From Candidatus Bathyarchaeota archaeon (lineage in GTDB: Archaea > Thermoproteota > Bathyarchaeia > TCS64): a DNA stretch of 64,000 bases. The stretch's first letter is position 1, and each line of letters begins with the position of its first letter. Made by a program: the position numbers and the translations under genes. The notes under the pieces were generated by a model that saw only the letters and a program-made list of their open reading frames with translations, did no database searches and was not told the DNA's origin. Shown here piece after piece: positions 28,962-38,430 of the stretch. The stretch lies in contig JADHWM010000001.1 in NCBI GenBank assembly GCA_016783485.1, positions 10,181 through 74,180 on the forward strand, read 5' to 3'.

Positions 28962-29375
28962 ATGACCCAAGAGGAGAACTACGGCTATATCCTCAGGATA
29001 AGCTTAGACGACTGGGAGAAACAGGTCTTCGAGATAAAAAAATACTACACCGCAGTAAGGAGGAAGTGGCACAGAGGGACCAACATCCTCCTCGCTAGGA
29101 AGACGGATGTGGGAGACTCTTTCATAGGCTACGGGGTCGTGGGCAAGGTGGAGCATCTCTGGGAGCTCTCCCCGGAGGAGGAGGCCTACTGTCAGGAGAA
29201 CAACTGGAAGGTCGTAATCACGTTCAAGGCTCTGACCCGGTTCAAGAACCCCTACCCCATTAAGGACACCTTCCTCGCAGACGACCCCCGGAAGGGGAGC
29301 TTTCTCCACGGAGCCCGCCTATCAGAGGAGCAGACCGACGACATCCTCGAGGCCGCCGAGGAGCTCCAGGGATAA
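28962..29375 (+). CDS. Hypothetical protein (137 aa), possibly PUA/EVE-like fold
   Basis: Downstream of and co-directional with hel308; no firm motif. Confidence 0.3.
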   Translation: MTQEENYGYILRISLDDWEKQVFEIKKYYTAVRRKWHRGTNILLARKTDVGDSFIGYGVVGKVEHLWELSPEEEAYCQENNWKVVITFKALTRFKNPYPIKDTFLADDPRKGSFLHGARLSEEQTDDILEAAEELQG

Positions 29376-29408
29376 ACCCAAATCACACCGCTAACAGATC
29401 AATCGGGA

Positions 29409-30863
29409 ATGGGCAGGTTCGCAGCGATCCTCAGCAAGAGGAGCCAGAACGTAACAGGAAGCATAATCCGGATGCTCCGCGCCAGAACCCCTAAGGCACC
29501 AGATGCTGAGGGGATCTCCATCGGTGGAGTCGCCATCATCAAGGGGAGAATCGACCCATCGGATCTACCAGAGACCTCCATAGCCCTCGGGTACGCTCTG
29601 AACAAGGTCCAGCCGGAGGACCCTCCACAACCTCTCACCCAGCACGGCTACTCCTTCGCCATCGAGGGGAGGCTCTGGAGCGAGACGGGTCAACCCACCT
29701 TCGGTTCAGCCGGCGATGCACTCGGCAAGGACCCGGGGGAAGGGCTCAGACAATTAGTGATGGAGGGGAAAGGATCCTTCGCCATAACAGCACAATATGG
29801 TCGAACCATCCTAGGCGGCAGAGACCCAGTTGGCACGATCCCCCTCTACTACGGGGAGAACGAGGACATCGCGGCGATGGCCTCGAGCAAGAAGATGCTG
29901 TGGGCAATAGGGCTCGAGGCTCAGAGCCTCACACCGGGCTCGATATTGAAGATATCGGAGGGTGGGACCTCGTTGGAGCCTGTGAAGGCCTTGGCCCAGC
30001 CTCCTCTCAAGGAAATCACCCTGAACGAGGCCACCTCGGAGCTTGACAATCTCATGACAGACGCCGTCGCATCGAGGACACGGGGCTTATCCGAAGCATC
30101 TCTCGGATTCTCGGGAGGAATCGACAGCAGTATACTTGCTCACTACCTGGACAAAGCAGGGGTCGATCTCGACCTCATCTGCGTGGGCATAGAGGATTCC
30201 CGAGAGTTCGAAACAGCCGAGACCGCCGCTGAAGCACTCGACCTCCCCCTGAGACTTGAGGCCTTTACGACCGAGGACGTGGAGAAGGACCTCGACGCGG
30301 TCCTCTGGAGCATCGAGGAGCCGGACTCGATGAAGGCCTCCGTCGCCATCCCCCTCCACTGGGCGGTGAGATCAGCTACCCAGTACGGTACCAGGGTATT
30401 CTTCTCAGGGAACGGGAGCGACGAGCTCTTCGGAGGGTATCACAGGCACGCCCAGGAATACGCCGAGCACGGGGAGGCCGTCGTCGCGTCCATCTTCAGG
30501 GACGTCTCCGAGTCCTACAGAGTCAACTACGAGAGGGACCACAAGGTCTGCATGGACGCGGGGCTGGAGCTAAGGCTCCCTTTCTCAGACCTGGCCCTCA
30601 TCGAGTGGGGGCTCTCGATCCCCCCGAATCTGAAGCTCTCCGGGGGCCCGGGATCGCCGAGGAAACTCGTGTTGAGGAGCCTCGCGAGACGCCTCGGTTT
30701 ACCTGAGGAGATATCCGGGAGACCCAAGAAGGCCATCCAGTACTCGACCGGCGTGAACGGCGCGCTGAGGAAGCTCGCGAAAAGTGAGGGCAAAACCCTC
30801 CAGGATTACCTCTCAGAGAGGTTCCAGAAGCTGAGAGACGAGAACATACGGAGACTGGGCTGA
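29409..30863 (+). CDS. Asparagine synthetase B-like protein lacking the N-terminal catalytic Cys (synthetase domain only)
   Basis: SGGIDSS PP-loop and the AsnB C-terminal domain; N-terminus MGRFAAIL instead of MCGI. Confidence 0.7.
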   Translation: MGRFAAILSKRSQNVTGSIIRMLRARTPKAPDAEGISIGGVAIIKGRIDPSDLPETSIALGYALNKVQPEDPPQPLTQHGYSFAIEGRLWSETGQPTFGSAGDALGKDPGEGLRQLVMEGKGSFAITAQYGRTILGGRDPVGTIPLYYGENEDIAAMASSKKMLWAIGLEAQSLTPGSILKISEGGTSLEPVKALAQPPLKEITLNEATSELDNLMTDAVASRTRGLSEASLGFSGGIDSSILAHYLDKAGVDLDLICVGIEDSREFETAETAAEALDLPLRLEAFTTEDVEKDLDAVLWSIEEPDSMKASVAIPLHWAVRSATQYGTRVFFSGNGSDELFGGYHRHAQEYAEHGEAVVASIFRDVSESYRVNYERDHKVCMDAGLELRLPFSDLALIEWGLSIPPNLKLSGGPGSPRKLVLRSLARRLGLPEEISGRPKKAIQYSTGVNGALRKLAKSEGKTLQDYLSERFQKLRDENIRRLG

Positions 30864-31507
30864 TGGAAACACCCGAGAGGATGACGGTGATCACACTTCT
30901 GATGAGGGAGCGCTACGGGGACATCGATGAACGACCCCGGGAGCCCCGAGACCCCTACAGGACCCTGATAGGCTGCGTCCTCTCCCACCGGACCCGGGAC
31001 GAGAACTCGAGCAGGGCTGCCCGCAACCTCTTCGAGGAGATAGAGGGTCCGTTGGACCTCCTCACCATGAACCAAGACACACTCAAGGAGCTAATCCGTT
31101 GCTCGGGCTTCTACAACCAGAAAGCCAGAAGCATCGTTGCCATCAGCCGGGTCCTCGTCGACGATTTCGGTGGAATGGTCCCTGATGATCGAGCCACTCT
31201 CATGGGGCTACCCGGTGTGGGTCCGAAGACGGCGGACATCGTGCTCAGCCACGCCTATCAAAAGCCGGCGATAGCTGTTGATGTCCACGTCTCGAGGGTT
31301 GCGAGGAGGCTGGGTCTTGCGCCGGATGACGCGGGTCCCGAGCGGGTAAAGGAGGCCTTGGAAAGCCTCGTGCCCCCTGATTCATACAGATTCGTGGACA
31401 ACGCATTCGTGAGGCACGGGAAAGAGTATTGCAGGAACAGCAAGCCCCGGTGCAGCGGATGCTTCCTCAGGGAGCTCTGCACCTACCCAGGCTCTCAGAG
31501 CCAATAA
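30863..31507 (+). CDS. nth: Endonuclease III (HhH-GPD DNA glycosylase/AP lyase with 4Fe-4S cluster)
   Basis: LPGVGPKTADIVL (catalytic Lys), VDVHVSRV (Asp), C-terminal C-x6-C-x2-C-x5-C. Confidence 0.85.
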   Translation: METPERMTVITLLMRERYGDIDERPREPRDPYRTLIGCVLSHRTRDENSSRAARNLFEEIEGPLDLLTMNQDTLKELIRCSGFYNQKARSIVAISRVLVDDFGGMVPDDRATLMGLPGVGPKTADIVLSHAYQKPAIAVDVHVSRVARRLGLAPDDAGPERVKEALESLVPPDSYRFVDNAFVRHGKEYCRNSKPRCSGCFLRELCTYPGSQSQ

Positions 31508-31542
31508 ATATCCCCGAGGAGAATCCACTACGGTACTCAGAG

Positions 31543-32217
31543 ATGAAGTACAAAGCATTGGCCACCGACGTCGACGGCACACTCACCAGCGAGGCCCACG
31601 GAATCTCCACGGGGGCGATCCAAGCTATCCGGGACCTCGAAGCCAGGGGAATCCCGGTCATCCTCGCATCGGCTCGACCCTACCCGATCCTCAACATCCT
31701 CAGGGAGTACCTGGGGACCAGCGGGGCTATCGTCTGCGAGAACGGGGGCCACGTGGACTACGGCGGGGAGAGCAGGTTACTCGGGGACAACGAGGAGTGC
31801 CAAGAGGTGTACCGTCGGCTGAGGGAGGTTCACGGCGACAGGGTGCGGGAGGCGTGGACCAATCAATATAACTTGGTGGACCTCGCGATGGAGCGGACCA
31901 TCGAAAGGGAGGAGGTCCTCACAGTCCTCTCGGAGTTCCCCAGGCTGAGGCTCATCGACAGCGGCTTCTTCTACCACGTCCTCGCGAGAGACGTCGACAA
32001 GGGGAAGGGGCTCAGGGCGGCGGCGGAGATGATGGGCGTCGTGTGCTCCGAGATCGTCGCGATCGGCGACAGCGAGGTGGACATGGAGCTCCTCCAAGAA
32101 GCAGGATATGGAGTAGCCGTGGGGGATGCTAGCGACGAGCTTAAAGAGATCGCCGATCTGGTGACGAAGAGAGAAAACGGAGAAGGGTTCCGCGAGGCGG
32201 TAGAGAGGCTCTTCTGA
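31543..32217 (+). CDS. HAD-superfamily hydrolase, Cof/IIB subclass (archaeal phosphoglycolate phosphatase-like)
   Basis: ATDVDGTLT motif I, SARP motif II, IGDSEVDMELL motif IV; internal ATG 31543 chosen. Confidence 0.65.
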   Translation: MKYKALATDVDGTLTSEAHGISTGAIQAIRDLEARGIPVILASARPYPILNILREYLGTSGAIVCENGGHVDYGGESRLLGDNEECQEVYRRLREVHGDRVREAWTNQYNLVDLAMERTIEREEVLTVLSEFPRLRLIDSGFFYHVLARDVDKGKGLRAAAEMMGVVCSEIVAIGDSEVDMELLQEAGYGVAVGDASDELKEIADLVTKRENGEGFREAVERLF

Positions 32218-32219
32218 CC

Positions 32220-33326
32220 TCAACCCTGTTTCGAGTACTTGGCAACGGCCTCCGAGATCCTACGGAGCCCCTCCATGGCGTACTCGTAGGCGGGCCAGCC
32301 GCCCATGCCGCACTCGGGCCCAGCATAGGGCACGTTCTCGGGGCCGAACTCCTCGACGATAGTGCCAAGTCTCTTGGCCATCAACCCGGCCTCCTCGATG
32401 AATATCGTCGGATCGACCTTCTCGTGCCGTATCTCGGTCCAGACGTCGCCAACCTTCTGCTGGATCTCCCCCGTGACGCCCTCAGCATTGAGGCGGGCCT
32501 CGATAAGATCGTCGAAGAGGGTCAACGCGATGCTCGCCTTGAGCCGTTTCCCGGTCTCCTCGAGGCGCCTCTTCGTCGAGTCGAGGGTGTATAAAGGGTC
32601 TCCAACGTGAGACTCGGCCAGCTGGAGACCATCCACAGCCCAGAAGATGTCGTCGGATGTGTCGTGGAGGTGCATGCTCGTTTCAGCTCCCTTGGAGACC
32701 GCAGCTCGGCAGATCCCGTCCCAGGCCTTGATGAGGGCTTCCCTGCCGTCTGACCCGTAGTCCAGCAGCGGGTCGTTGAGGAAACCGAGGACCGGCTCGT
32801 CGATACAGACCAGTGAAACCTCCCCGTTCCTGCTATCAAACAGGGACTGGGAAACGATGTCCGCGAGGGCCGCCCCCAGATCCTCAAAGAGGCTCGCGTT
32901 CTTGGCAGGGAAAAACGATGCCAACGTGTATGGCCCCGTCACGCATACCTTAAGGCGCACCCTGTCGACCTCCGTCAGGTCCTTTATCTTCGAGGTGTTC
33001 TTTCTGATCGCCTCGATCTCGGGAACAGAAGTATTTGGCTTCGCGGAGGGCCTCTCAAGGGCCATGTAGCCGTCTGGACCCTTCTCGATGCCCCTGATGA
33101 GCTCGAAGTACATCTCGTTCATGTCTCGGAACTGGGGGTAGTTGGGGACATCGATCCCGGCATTCACCTTGTCCACGAAACCCTCGACGACCTCCCTCTC
33201 GAAGACATCGGCGGCATCAGAACCGCTGACCAGGGAGAGGAACGACCCGGACCTCCGGGCCCCCTCCCAGATAACGGACTCCTCCACCCGGAGGGGGAGG
33301 CTGCCGACGTCGTAAGAGAGGACCAT
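32220..33326 (-). CDS. Cobalamin-independent methionine synthase (MetE) catalytic-domain-like protein
   Basis: VCIDEPVLGF (IQIDEP-like) and C-terminal PECGMGG (PDCGL-like), but the His-x-Cys zinc motif reads MHLHDTS; adjacent to SAM synthetase. Confidence 0.5.
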   Translation of the reverse strand: MVLSYDVGSLPLRVEESVIWEGARRSGSFLSLVSGSDAADVFEREVVEGFVDKVNAGIDVPNYPQFRDMNEMYFELIRGIEKGPDGYMALERPSAKPNTSVPEIEAIRKNTSKIKDLTEVDRVRLKVCVTGPYTLASFFPAKNASLFEDLGAALADIVSQSLFDSRNGEVSLVCIDEPVLGFLNDPLLDYGSDGREALIKAWDGICRAAVSKGAETSMHLHDTSDDIFWAVDGLQLAESHVGDPLYTLDSTKRRLEETGKRLKASIALTLFDDLIEARLNAEGVTGEIQQKVGDVWTEIRHEKVDPTIFIEEAGLMAKRLGTIVEEFGPENVPYAGPECGMGGWPAYEYAMEGLRRISEAVAKYSKQG

Positions 33327-33332
33327 GGGCGC

Positions 33333-34538
33333 TCAGCAGACGTTTATCTTCCCGGTGGCGAGGTCGTTGCAGAACTGGTCGAGGTGTTCGAACTCGTAGG
33401 CCATGACCTCCTCGATCCCGGAAGCGACGTCGCCGACGGTGAACCCCTCAGCGGGGACCACCTGGGCCGAGCAGACCGCCGGCACGTCGATGGACTGGCC
33501 TATGGCGCTCACGAGCCAGATGTAGACCTCTTTGACCCCGGCGACGTTATCCATTACCCTGTTCGCGATCCTGTAGCTGAGGAGGTTGTAGATCTTGCCG
33601 ACGTGGCTCACCGGGTTCTTCCCGGCTGCGGCCTCGGAAGACATGGGCCTGTTCAGGGGTATGACTCCGATGACGTTGTTGCCCCTACCCACTTGGCCCG
33701 AGTCCCCCGTGTCGACTGAACTTCCCAGCACCGTGAGATAGAGGCCGTTGATGCCCCGGCCCTCCCGGTCAAGGACATTCAACCCGACGTTCACCTCGTC
33801 GAAATCGTACTTGGAGTTGATGAAGCCGTTGATCGCGTCGTAGATCTCGGATTTCTTCCGGAAGTAGTCAGCCTCGCTATCGACGAACCGGTCCACGAAA
33901 GCCATCGCTACGGTGAGGTTCATGTCGTTGCCGTTCCTGAAGCCCATGATCTTGATGTCCTCCCCGGACTCCGGGTACTGCTTCTTGAACCCCGGGGTGT
34001 TGAGGTATCCCTCGAGGTCCAGGATCAGGCGCTCTGTCCTGCTCAGGGGTGCGAAGCCCACGGCTGCGGAGGTATCGTTCGCGCCGAGGTACTTTCCCTT
34101 CCTCTGGAAGATGTCCTGGAGGGAGGCCGCACCGGGCTTGATGACGCTCTGGTGCTTCACGTGCTCGGGTTCTATGAATCGGAGCTTCTCCTTGAACCAT
34201 TTCTCCGTGCTCTTGACGGCGATTTCATTGACGGGGACGTGCTCGCCCCCCGCATCGAAGGTCGCCCGGTCCCCGTATACTATGAGGATCGGTTCTGTCA
34301 TCTTCCCTCCTCCGAAGGCGACCTCGGAGCCCCCTGCACCGATCAACCCCTTGTCCAGGTTGTGGTGGAGGATGGTCCCGAACCTTTTCAGGTACTCCTT
34401 GGACAGCTCGATGGAGACCTGGTTCATGACGGAGTCACAGATCGTGTCGGGGTGGCCGAGCCCCTTCCTCTCGCAGACCTCCATGGGCTTGTCGTCCAGG
34501 GCAAGCTGCTTCAGCTCTTTCACGAGAACATTATCCAT
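33333..34538 (-). CDS. mat: S-adenosylmethionine synthetase, archaeal type
   Basis: ERKGLGHPDTICD and the overall roughly 400-aa archaeal MAT pattern. Confidence 0.9.
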   Translation of the reverse strand: MDNVLVKELKQLALDDKPMEVCERKGLGHPDTICDSVMNQVSIELSKEYLKRFGTILHHNLDKGLIGAGGSEVAFGGGKMTEPILIVYGDRATFDAGGEHVPVNEIAVKSTEKWFKEKLRFIEPEHVKHQSVIKPGAASLQDIFQRKGKYLGANDTSAAVGFAPLSRTERLILDLEGYLNTPGFKKQYPESGEDIKIMGFRNGNDMNLTVAMAFVDRFVDSEADYFRKKSEIYDAINGFINSKYDFDEVNVGLNVLDREGRGINGLYLTVLGSSVDTGDSGQVGRGNNVIGVIPLNRPMSSEAAAGKNPVSHVGKIYNLLSYRIANRVMDNVAGVKEVYIWLVSAIGQSIDVPAVCSAQVVPAEGFTVGDVASGIEEVMAYEFEHLDQFCNDLATGKINVC

Positions 34539-34796
34539 ATACGCATACCAACCTTATTCAAATATTCCTTAGGGAATCATCGATAGTGGGGCGTACATCT
34601 TATTAAGCATATTCCTGCTTGGAATTAGATAAAAACGCAATATTTATTAATAAAAATTCTTACAGGAATATTATATTCTCGGAGACCTTTTTTCTCATCC
34701 ATCACGTTCCACCGGACCAGTTGAGGCATTCAGACGCGCATTTTTCATCCAAAACAATTATCTTGACAGAGCCTATCATTCACACAGATCCTGGCT
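34539..34796. promoter_or_regulatory. AT-rich upstream region with repeated CATATTCCT motif (two direct, one inverted copy)
   Basis: aatattcct 34561-69, catattcctg 34608-17, caggaatatt 34663-72; the same 9-mer recurs upstream of the 36268 gene (36179-87). Confidence 0.35.
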
Positions 34797-35747
34797 TTGG
34801 GTAGCTTCACGATGGACGAGGAATTCACTCTATGTAGCAGTTGCGGAAAACAGGTCCCCAGATACCAGTTCTGCATCTACTGCGGCTACAACCTCCTCAA
34901 GGACAGGGGGAGAACCCCACAGGCCAATGAGGAGGAGCGTCCAACATTCGAACCTCCCATGCCCACAACAAGCTTTGTACCCGAGGATACCAATTTTTCA
35001 AGACCCCTCGCGGAAGGCATCATGCCTCCATTTCCGATGGCCCCTTTCATGGAACCCTCCGGTGATGCCCGGGACACGCAGGTGAGGAGAGAGCTTCTGA
35101 AGTACCAGATCTGGAAGGTCAAGCTCTGCGGCATCTTCAGCGAGCGGGGAATGCCGACCCGGGTGTTCACCAACATCTGGGAGGGCTACGGAGACGAGGT
35201 CACGAGACTCCAGAGGAAGATAGAGGAGAGCCTGAGAGCACGCAAGACCAGCTACGAGGATAAGAAGGCCGAGCTGGAGAACGCTAAGCTCAAGATTGAC
35301 GAGCTCAGAGTGAGGGTGGCCATCGGGGAGATCTCTGAGAGCGACCTGTTGATCAGGACCCCAAGTATCCGGGCCGATGTCGAAAGCCTGGAACGCGAGG
35401 TCTCACGCCTCGATGAGCAACTGAGGGAAGAGGAGACCAAACACTCAGGCGGGTCACCGAGGGAGATGTTTGAGCATGAGCAATCGGCCAGGGCTTTCGT
35501 CTCAAAGATCGACGGCCTCATAGCCGAGGGCAAAATCAGCATGGAGCTCGGAAGAAGATTGGAGGTGGAGATGGAGGAGATCCGAGAATACTTCTCATCC
35601 ATGGTGGGGGACCAAGGCGAGCAGGATCTCAGGAACGAGTTCGACACCCTCGAAGTCAGGTATAAGGTGGGGGAGATCACCCTGGCTGAGCTCGAGTCCC
35701 TGAAGCGGGAAATTGTTACCAAGCTCGAGCGTCATTGGGCGAATTAA
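34797..35747 (+). CDS. Zinc-ribbon (N-terminal) + long coiled-coil protein; hypothetical
   Basis: CSSCGKQVPRYQFCIYCG (C-x2-C-x10-C-x2-C), then Pro-rich linker and about 200 aa of heptad-like coiled coil. Confidence 0.35.
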   Translation: MGSFTMDEEFTLCSSCGKQVPRYQFCIYCGYNLLKDRGRTPQANEEERPTFEPPMPTTSFVPEDTNFSRPLAEGIMPPFPMAPFMEPSGDARDTQVRRELLKYQIWKVKLCGIFSERGMPTRVFTNIWEGYGDEVTRLQRKIEESLRARKTSYEDKKAELENAKLKIDELRVRVAIGEISESDLLIRTPSIRADVESLEREVSRLDEQLREEETKHSGGSPREMFEHEQSARAFVSKIDGLIAEGKISMELGRRLEVEMEEIREYFSSMVGDQGEQDLRNEFDTLEVRYKVGEITLAELESLKREIVTKLERHWAN

Positions 35748-35828
35748 GACATTAACTATTCTTTCTGAGTCATATCCAGTTAGGTAATACTAAAATATCC
35801 CAGACCCTATTCTCACGAGGGTTGAAAA

Positions 35829-36134
35829 ATGAATGACAAGTCCCTCGGCAGCCTGATCGTGGTAGTAAGCGTCGTCATAATGGTTGGCTACTTCGTCTGG
35901 GCCTTCGCACCCTTACTGGGGCCGGCCGTGACGAGCTGGATATCTCCAGAGATGAGCGAATGGGCCTACCGCCTGCCGGTGATCCTCGCGGTCTATATGA
36001 TGCTGCTGATCGTGGCCTGGATTGGGTACACGATGGCGACGACGCCTCCGCCGATACCTCTCGAGAGCCCGCTGGAGATCGAGAGAGAGGAGTACGACAG
36101 CACCAAAACCGGGAAAGAAGACCCATCGAGTTGA
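35829..36134 (+). CDS. Small 2-TM membrane protein; hypothetical
   Basis: Two hydrophobic helices, Pro-rich acidic tail. Confidence 0.3.
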   Translation: MNDKSLGSLIVVVSVVIMVGYFVWAFAPLLGPAVTSWISPEMSEWAYRLPVILAVYMMLLIVAWIGYTMATTPPPIPLESPLEIEREEYDSTKTGKEDPSS

Positions 36135-36267
36135 TGATCCCGAGCTTTTTAAATATAACCCAAAATCCTGCTATCTTGCATATTCCTATAATCTTTTTGG
36201 TTTCTTTCTTTAGAGTTTAGCAATAATAGTTAAAGAGAGTAAATCTTGTGGGTTCTCAAACACGTAA

Positions 36268-37089
36268 TTGTCACCTTTCTTCATCAGGTTAGTTGTTGAA
36301 ACAAGGAAAAAAAGGAGGGGTAACGGTAACAGCGGAGGAATGGGTAGACATCCCCAGACCTTATTGGATATGCTGTACATGGTGGCGGTGACACGCTTCG
36401 ACCTGGAATCGACGGGCGTCTGGTCTTTCCCGTTCACATTCCTCGTGTTGCTCCTCGTGGTGGCCGCCGCCGATGTGCTCTTCTCATTTATACCCTTTAA
36501 GATTGGGAGTGGCGGATGGCTTTGGGCCATCTCCACCACGGCCACAGCCGTGATCGCGAGCTACGTCGCGGAGAGGCTATCCATGGATCGGAGGAAAGCC
36601 CTCATCTCCATGATCCTTGCGGCCGCTTTCTCGGTCCTCTTCTACCGGGATCTCTCGGCCCTGGTCCAGAGAACCCCCGTGCTGGAGATGACGATGGCCA
36701 CCTCCAACCCGTTCATCGGGATGGCGGTCTACACCTCGGCCATTACGGTAGTGCCCAGTGCCCTAGTAGGTGTGATTCTAGGGGGCGTGATCAGCTCCTT
36801 CCACTTCTCGGAGAAGAAGTTCAAGCCACAATTCGATTTCCCCTCCACAACAGCAGTAAAAGAAGAGGTCATAGGTCACGAACTGGCCTGCGTCTCATGC
36901 GGGAGGTCGCTGCCCTTCGATTCCAAGTTCTGCCCCTTCTGCGGTATGGAGCCCGAGCATCGTTCCCTGCCTGCACCGAAGTTCTGCAGATTCTGCGGAG
37001 CACATCTCAAGTATAGGGGCATTTTCTGCCCCGAGTGCGGCGACGAGATCGAGATGATCTCGAAGCCCCACATCTTCTACTCTAATTAG
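36268..37089 (+). CDS. Polytopic membrane protein with C-terminal double zinc-ribbon
   Basis: 4-5 TM, then CVSCGRSLPFDSKFCPFCG and CRFCGAHLKYRGIFCPECG; true start possibly at MGRHPQTLL. Confidence 0.35.
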   Translation: MSPFFIRLVVETRKKRRGNGNSGGMGRHPQTLLDMLYMVAVTRFDLESTGVWSFPFTFLVLLLVVAAADVLFSFIPFKIGSGGWLWAISTTATAVIASYVAERLSMDRRKALISMILAAAFSVLFYRDLSALVQRTPVLEMTMATSNPFIGMAVYTSAITVVPSALVGVILGGVISSFHFSEKKFKPQFDFPSTTAVKEEVIGHELACVSCGRSLPFDSKFCPFCGMEPEHRSLPAPKFCRFCGAHLKYRGIFCPECGDEIEMISKPHIFYSN

Positions 37090-37946
37090 GCACTCCGGAT
37101 CGTTGAGAGTCTCGCGTCCACCCTCACCTTCCAAGTCCCTGGGCTGTACTGAGAAACCCGGATGCGATCCAAGAATTCCGCAGACCGTCCGTATTCACTC
37201 GCCGCCTCTGCAATGAGTTTCTCTGCCTCCGTGAATGCATCCTCTTGGGAGGACCAATGATATAGATGGACCACTCCCCCGTCTTTCACGAGAGGAACGG
37301 CAACATCCAGAAACTTGTAGGCTCCCCGGGGGAGGGGCATCATGACTCTGTCGTAGGTCCTTCCTAGTCCGGGGCAGACCTCCCTGACGTCCCCCTCGAT
37401 GGCTTGGATCCTGTCGGATACCCTGTTGAGGTGGATGTTCTCGACGCAATAGTTGTGGGCTGCGGGGTTGAGCTCCACGGCGGTCACCCTGACCGTGGGG
37501 CGCCTCTTGCCGATCCTTATGGGTAGGGGACCGACACCGCTGAACATCACCAGAGTCTCCTCGCCGTCTCCCACCGCCTCTGCCAGCCTGTCCCTTTCCC
37601 TGCTCTCCCTGGGGGAGAAGTAGACCGTTCCGGGGTCGAGCCTGAAGACGCATCCAGACTCCCTGTGGAGGACCTCGGTATCAGGGTCGCCAGCGATGAG
37701 CCTGAGCTCCCTGATCCTATAATCACCTGTTCTGGCAGATTCCTTGGCGATGACGCTGGAGACGTTCTTGTTCACCCTCATGAGGGCCTTCCCGATCTCC
37801 TGCTCGACGTCCCTCAGCTCGTCGGGTATCTCGACCACGGCCACAGCCTTCTGCTTGGAGCCATAAATGTCGAAGGACTTTGTAACCAAGTTGACCTTGT
37901 CGGGAGGGAGGAGGGTCCTCAGCTCCGCTCGGAGATCTGGGCTCAT
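37086..37946 (-). CDS. trm5: tRNA (guanine37-N1)-methyltransferase Trm5 / Taw2-like class I SAM methyltransferase
   Basis: Met-10+ like pattern: VMFSGVGPLPIRIG SAM-binding loop, VTAVELNP, NYCVENI. Confidence 0.65.
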   Translation of the reverse strand: MSPDLRAELRTLLPPDKVNLVTKSFDIYGSKQKAVAVVEIPDELRDVEQEIGKALMRVNKNVSSVIAKESARTGDYRIRELRLIAGDPDTEVLHRESGCVFRLDPGTVYFSPRESRERDRLAEAVGDGEETLVMFSGVGPLPIRIGKRRPTVRVTAVELNPAAHNYCVENIHLNRVSDRIQAIEGDVREVCPGLGRTYDRVMMPLPRGAYKFLDVAVPLVKDGGVVHLYHWSSQEDAFTEAEKLIAEAASEYGRSAEFLDRIRVSQYSPGTWKVRVDARLSTIRSA

Positions 37947-38002
37947 CTCGGGGATAGAGTGACAGCACGGGTCTTATTTATCCAGTGGTTCGGTCTCTCG
38001 GA

Positions 38003-38293
38003 CTAGAAGATGGATCTCTCGCCGGTTTTGCGCATCAGCTTGCCCCTCACCCTGATCTCGTCCTGGAAGAGATCGTCGGGGTCAGAGTCCTCCCGGGTCC
38101 TCCGCTTCATGGTCTTTCCGCAGACGCCGTTTTCGAGGAGCTGACGCTGGAAACAGGTGGCGTAGTTGCACCCTTTGGGGGTGCACTCATCGCCGGTCCA
38201 CTCGCACCAGGCCTCTCTGCCCCTGATGCTCAGGGAGCGTTTGGTGCACTTGAAGTCGCGACAGTCTGGAAAACACTGTTTTACTCCTGACAA
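38003..38293 (-). CDS. Small Cys-rich (8 Cys) putative metal-binding protein; hypothetical
   Basis: CFPDCRDFKC ... CEWTGDEC ... CNYATC ... C; 56 nt upstream of and co-directional with trm5. Confidence 0.35.
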   Translation of the reverse strand: MSGVKQCFPDCRDFKCTKRSLSIRGREAWCEWTGDECTPKGCNYATCFQRQLLENGVCGKTMKRRTREDSDPDDLFQDEIRVRGKLMRKTGERSIF

Positions 38294-38430
38294 AATTAAT
38301 TACCTCGTCGATGTGGGAGAGTATTAAGCGCTATTTTCAGTATTAGGATAGCATTTAAACTTTATTCATATCCGGATCAGTATCTACTCTTCATAAATAG
38401 AAATGAAGTTAACTGGGGGATAGGAGGTCG

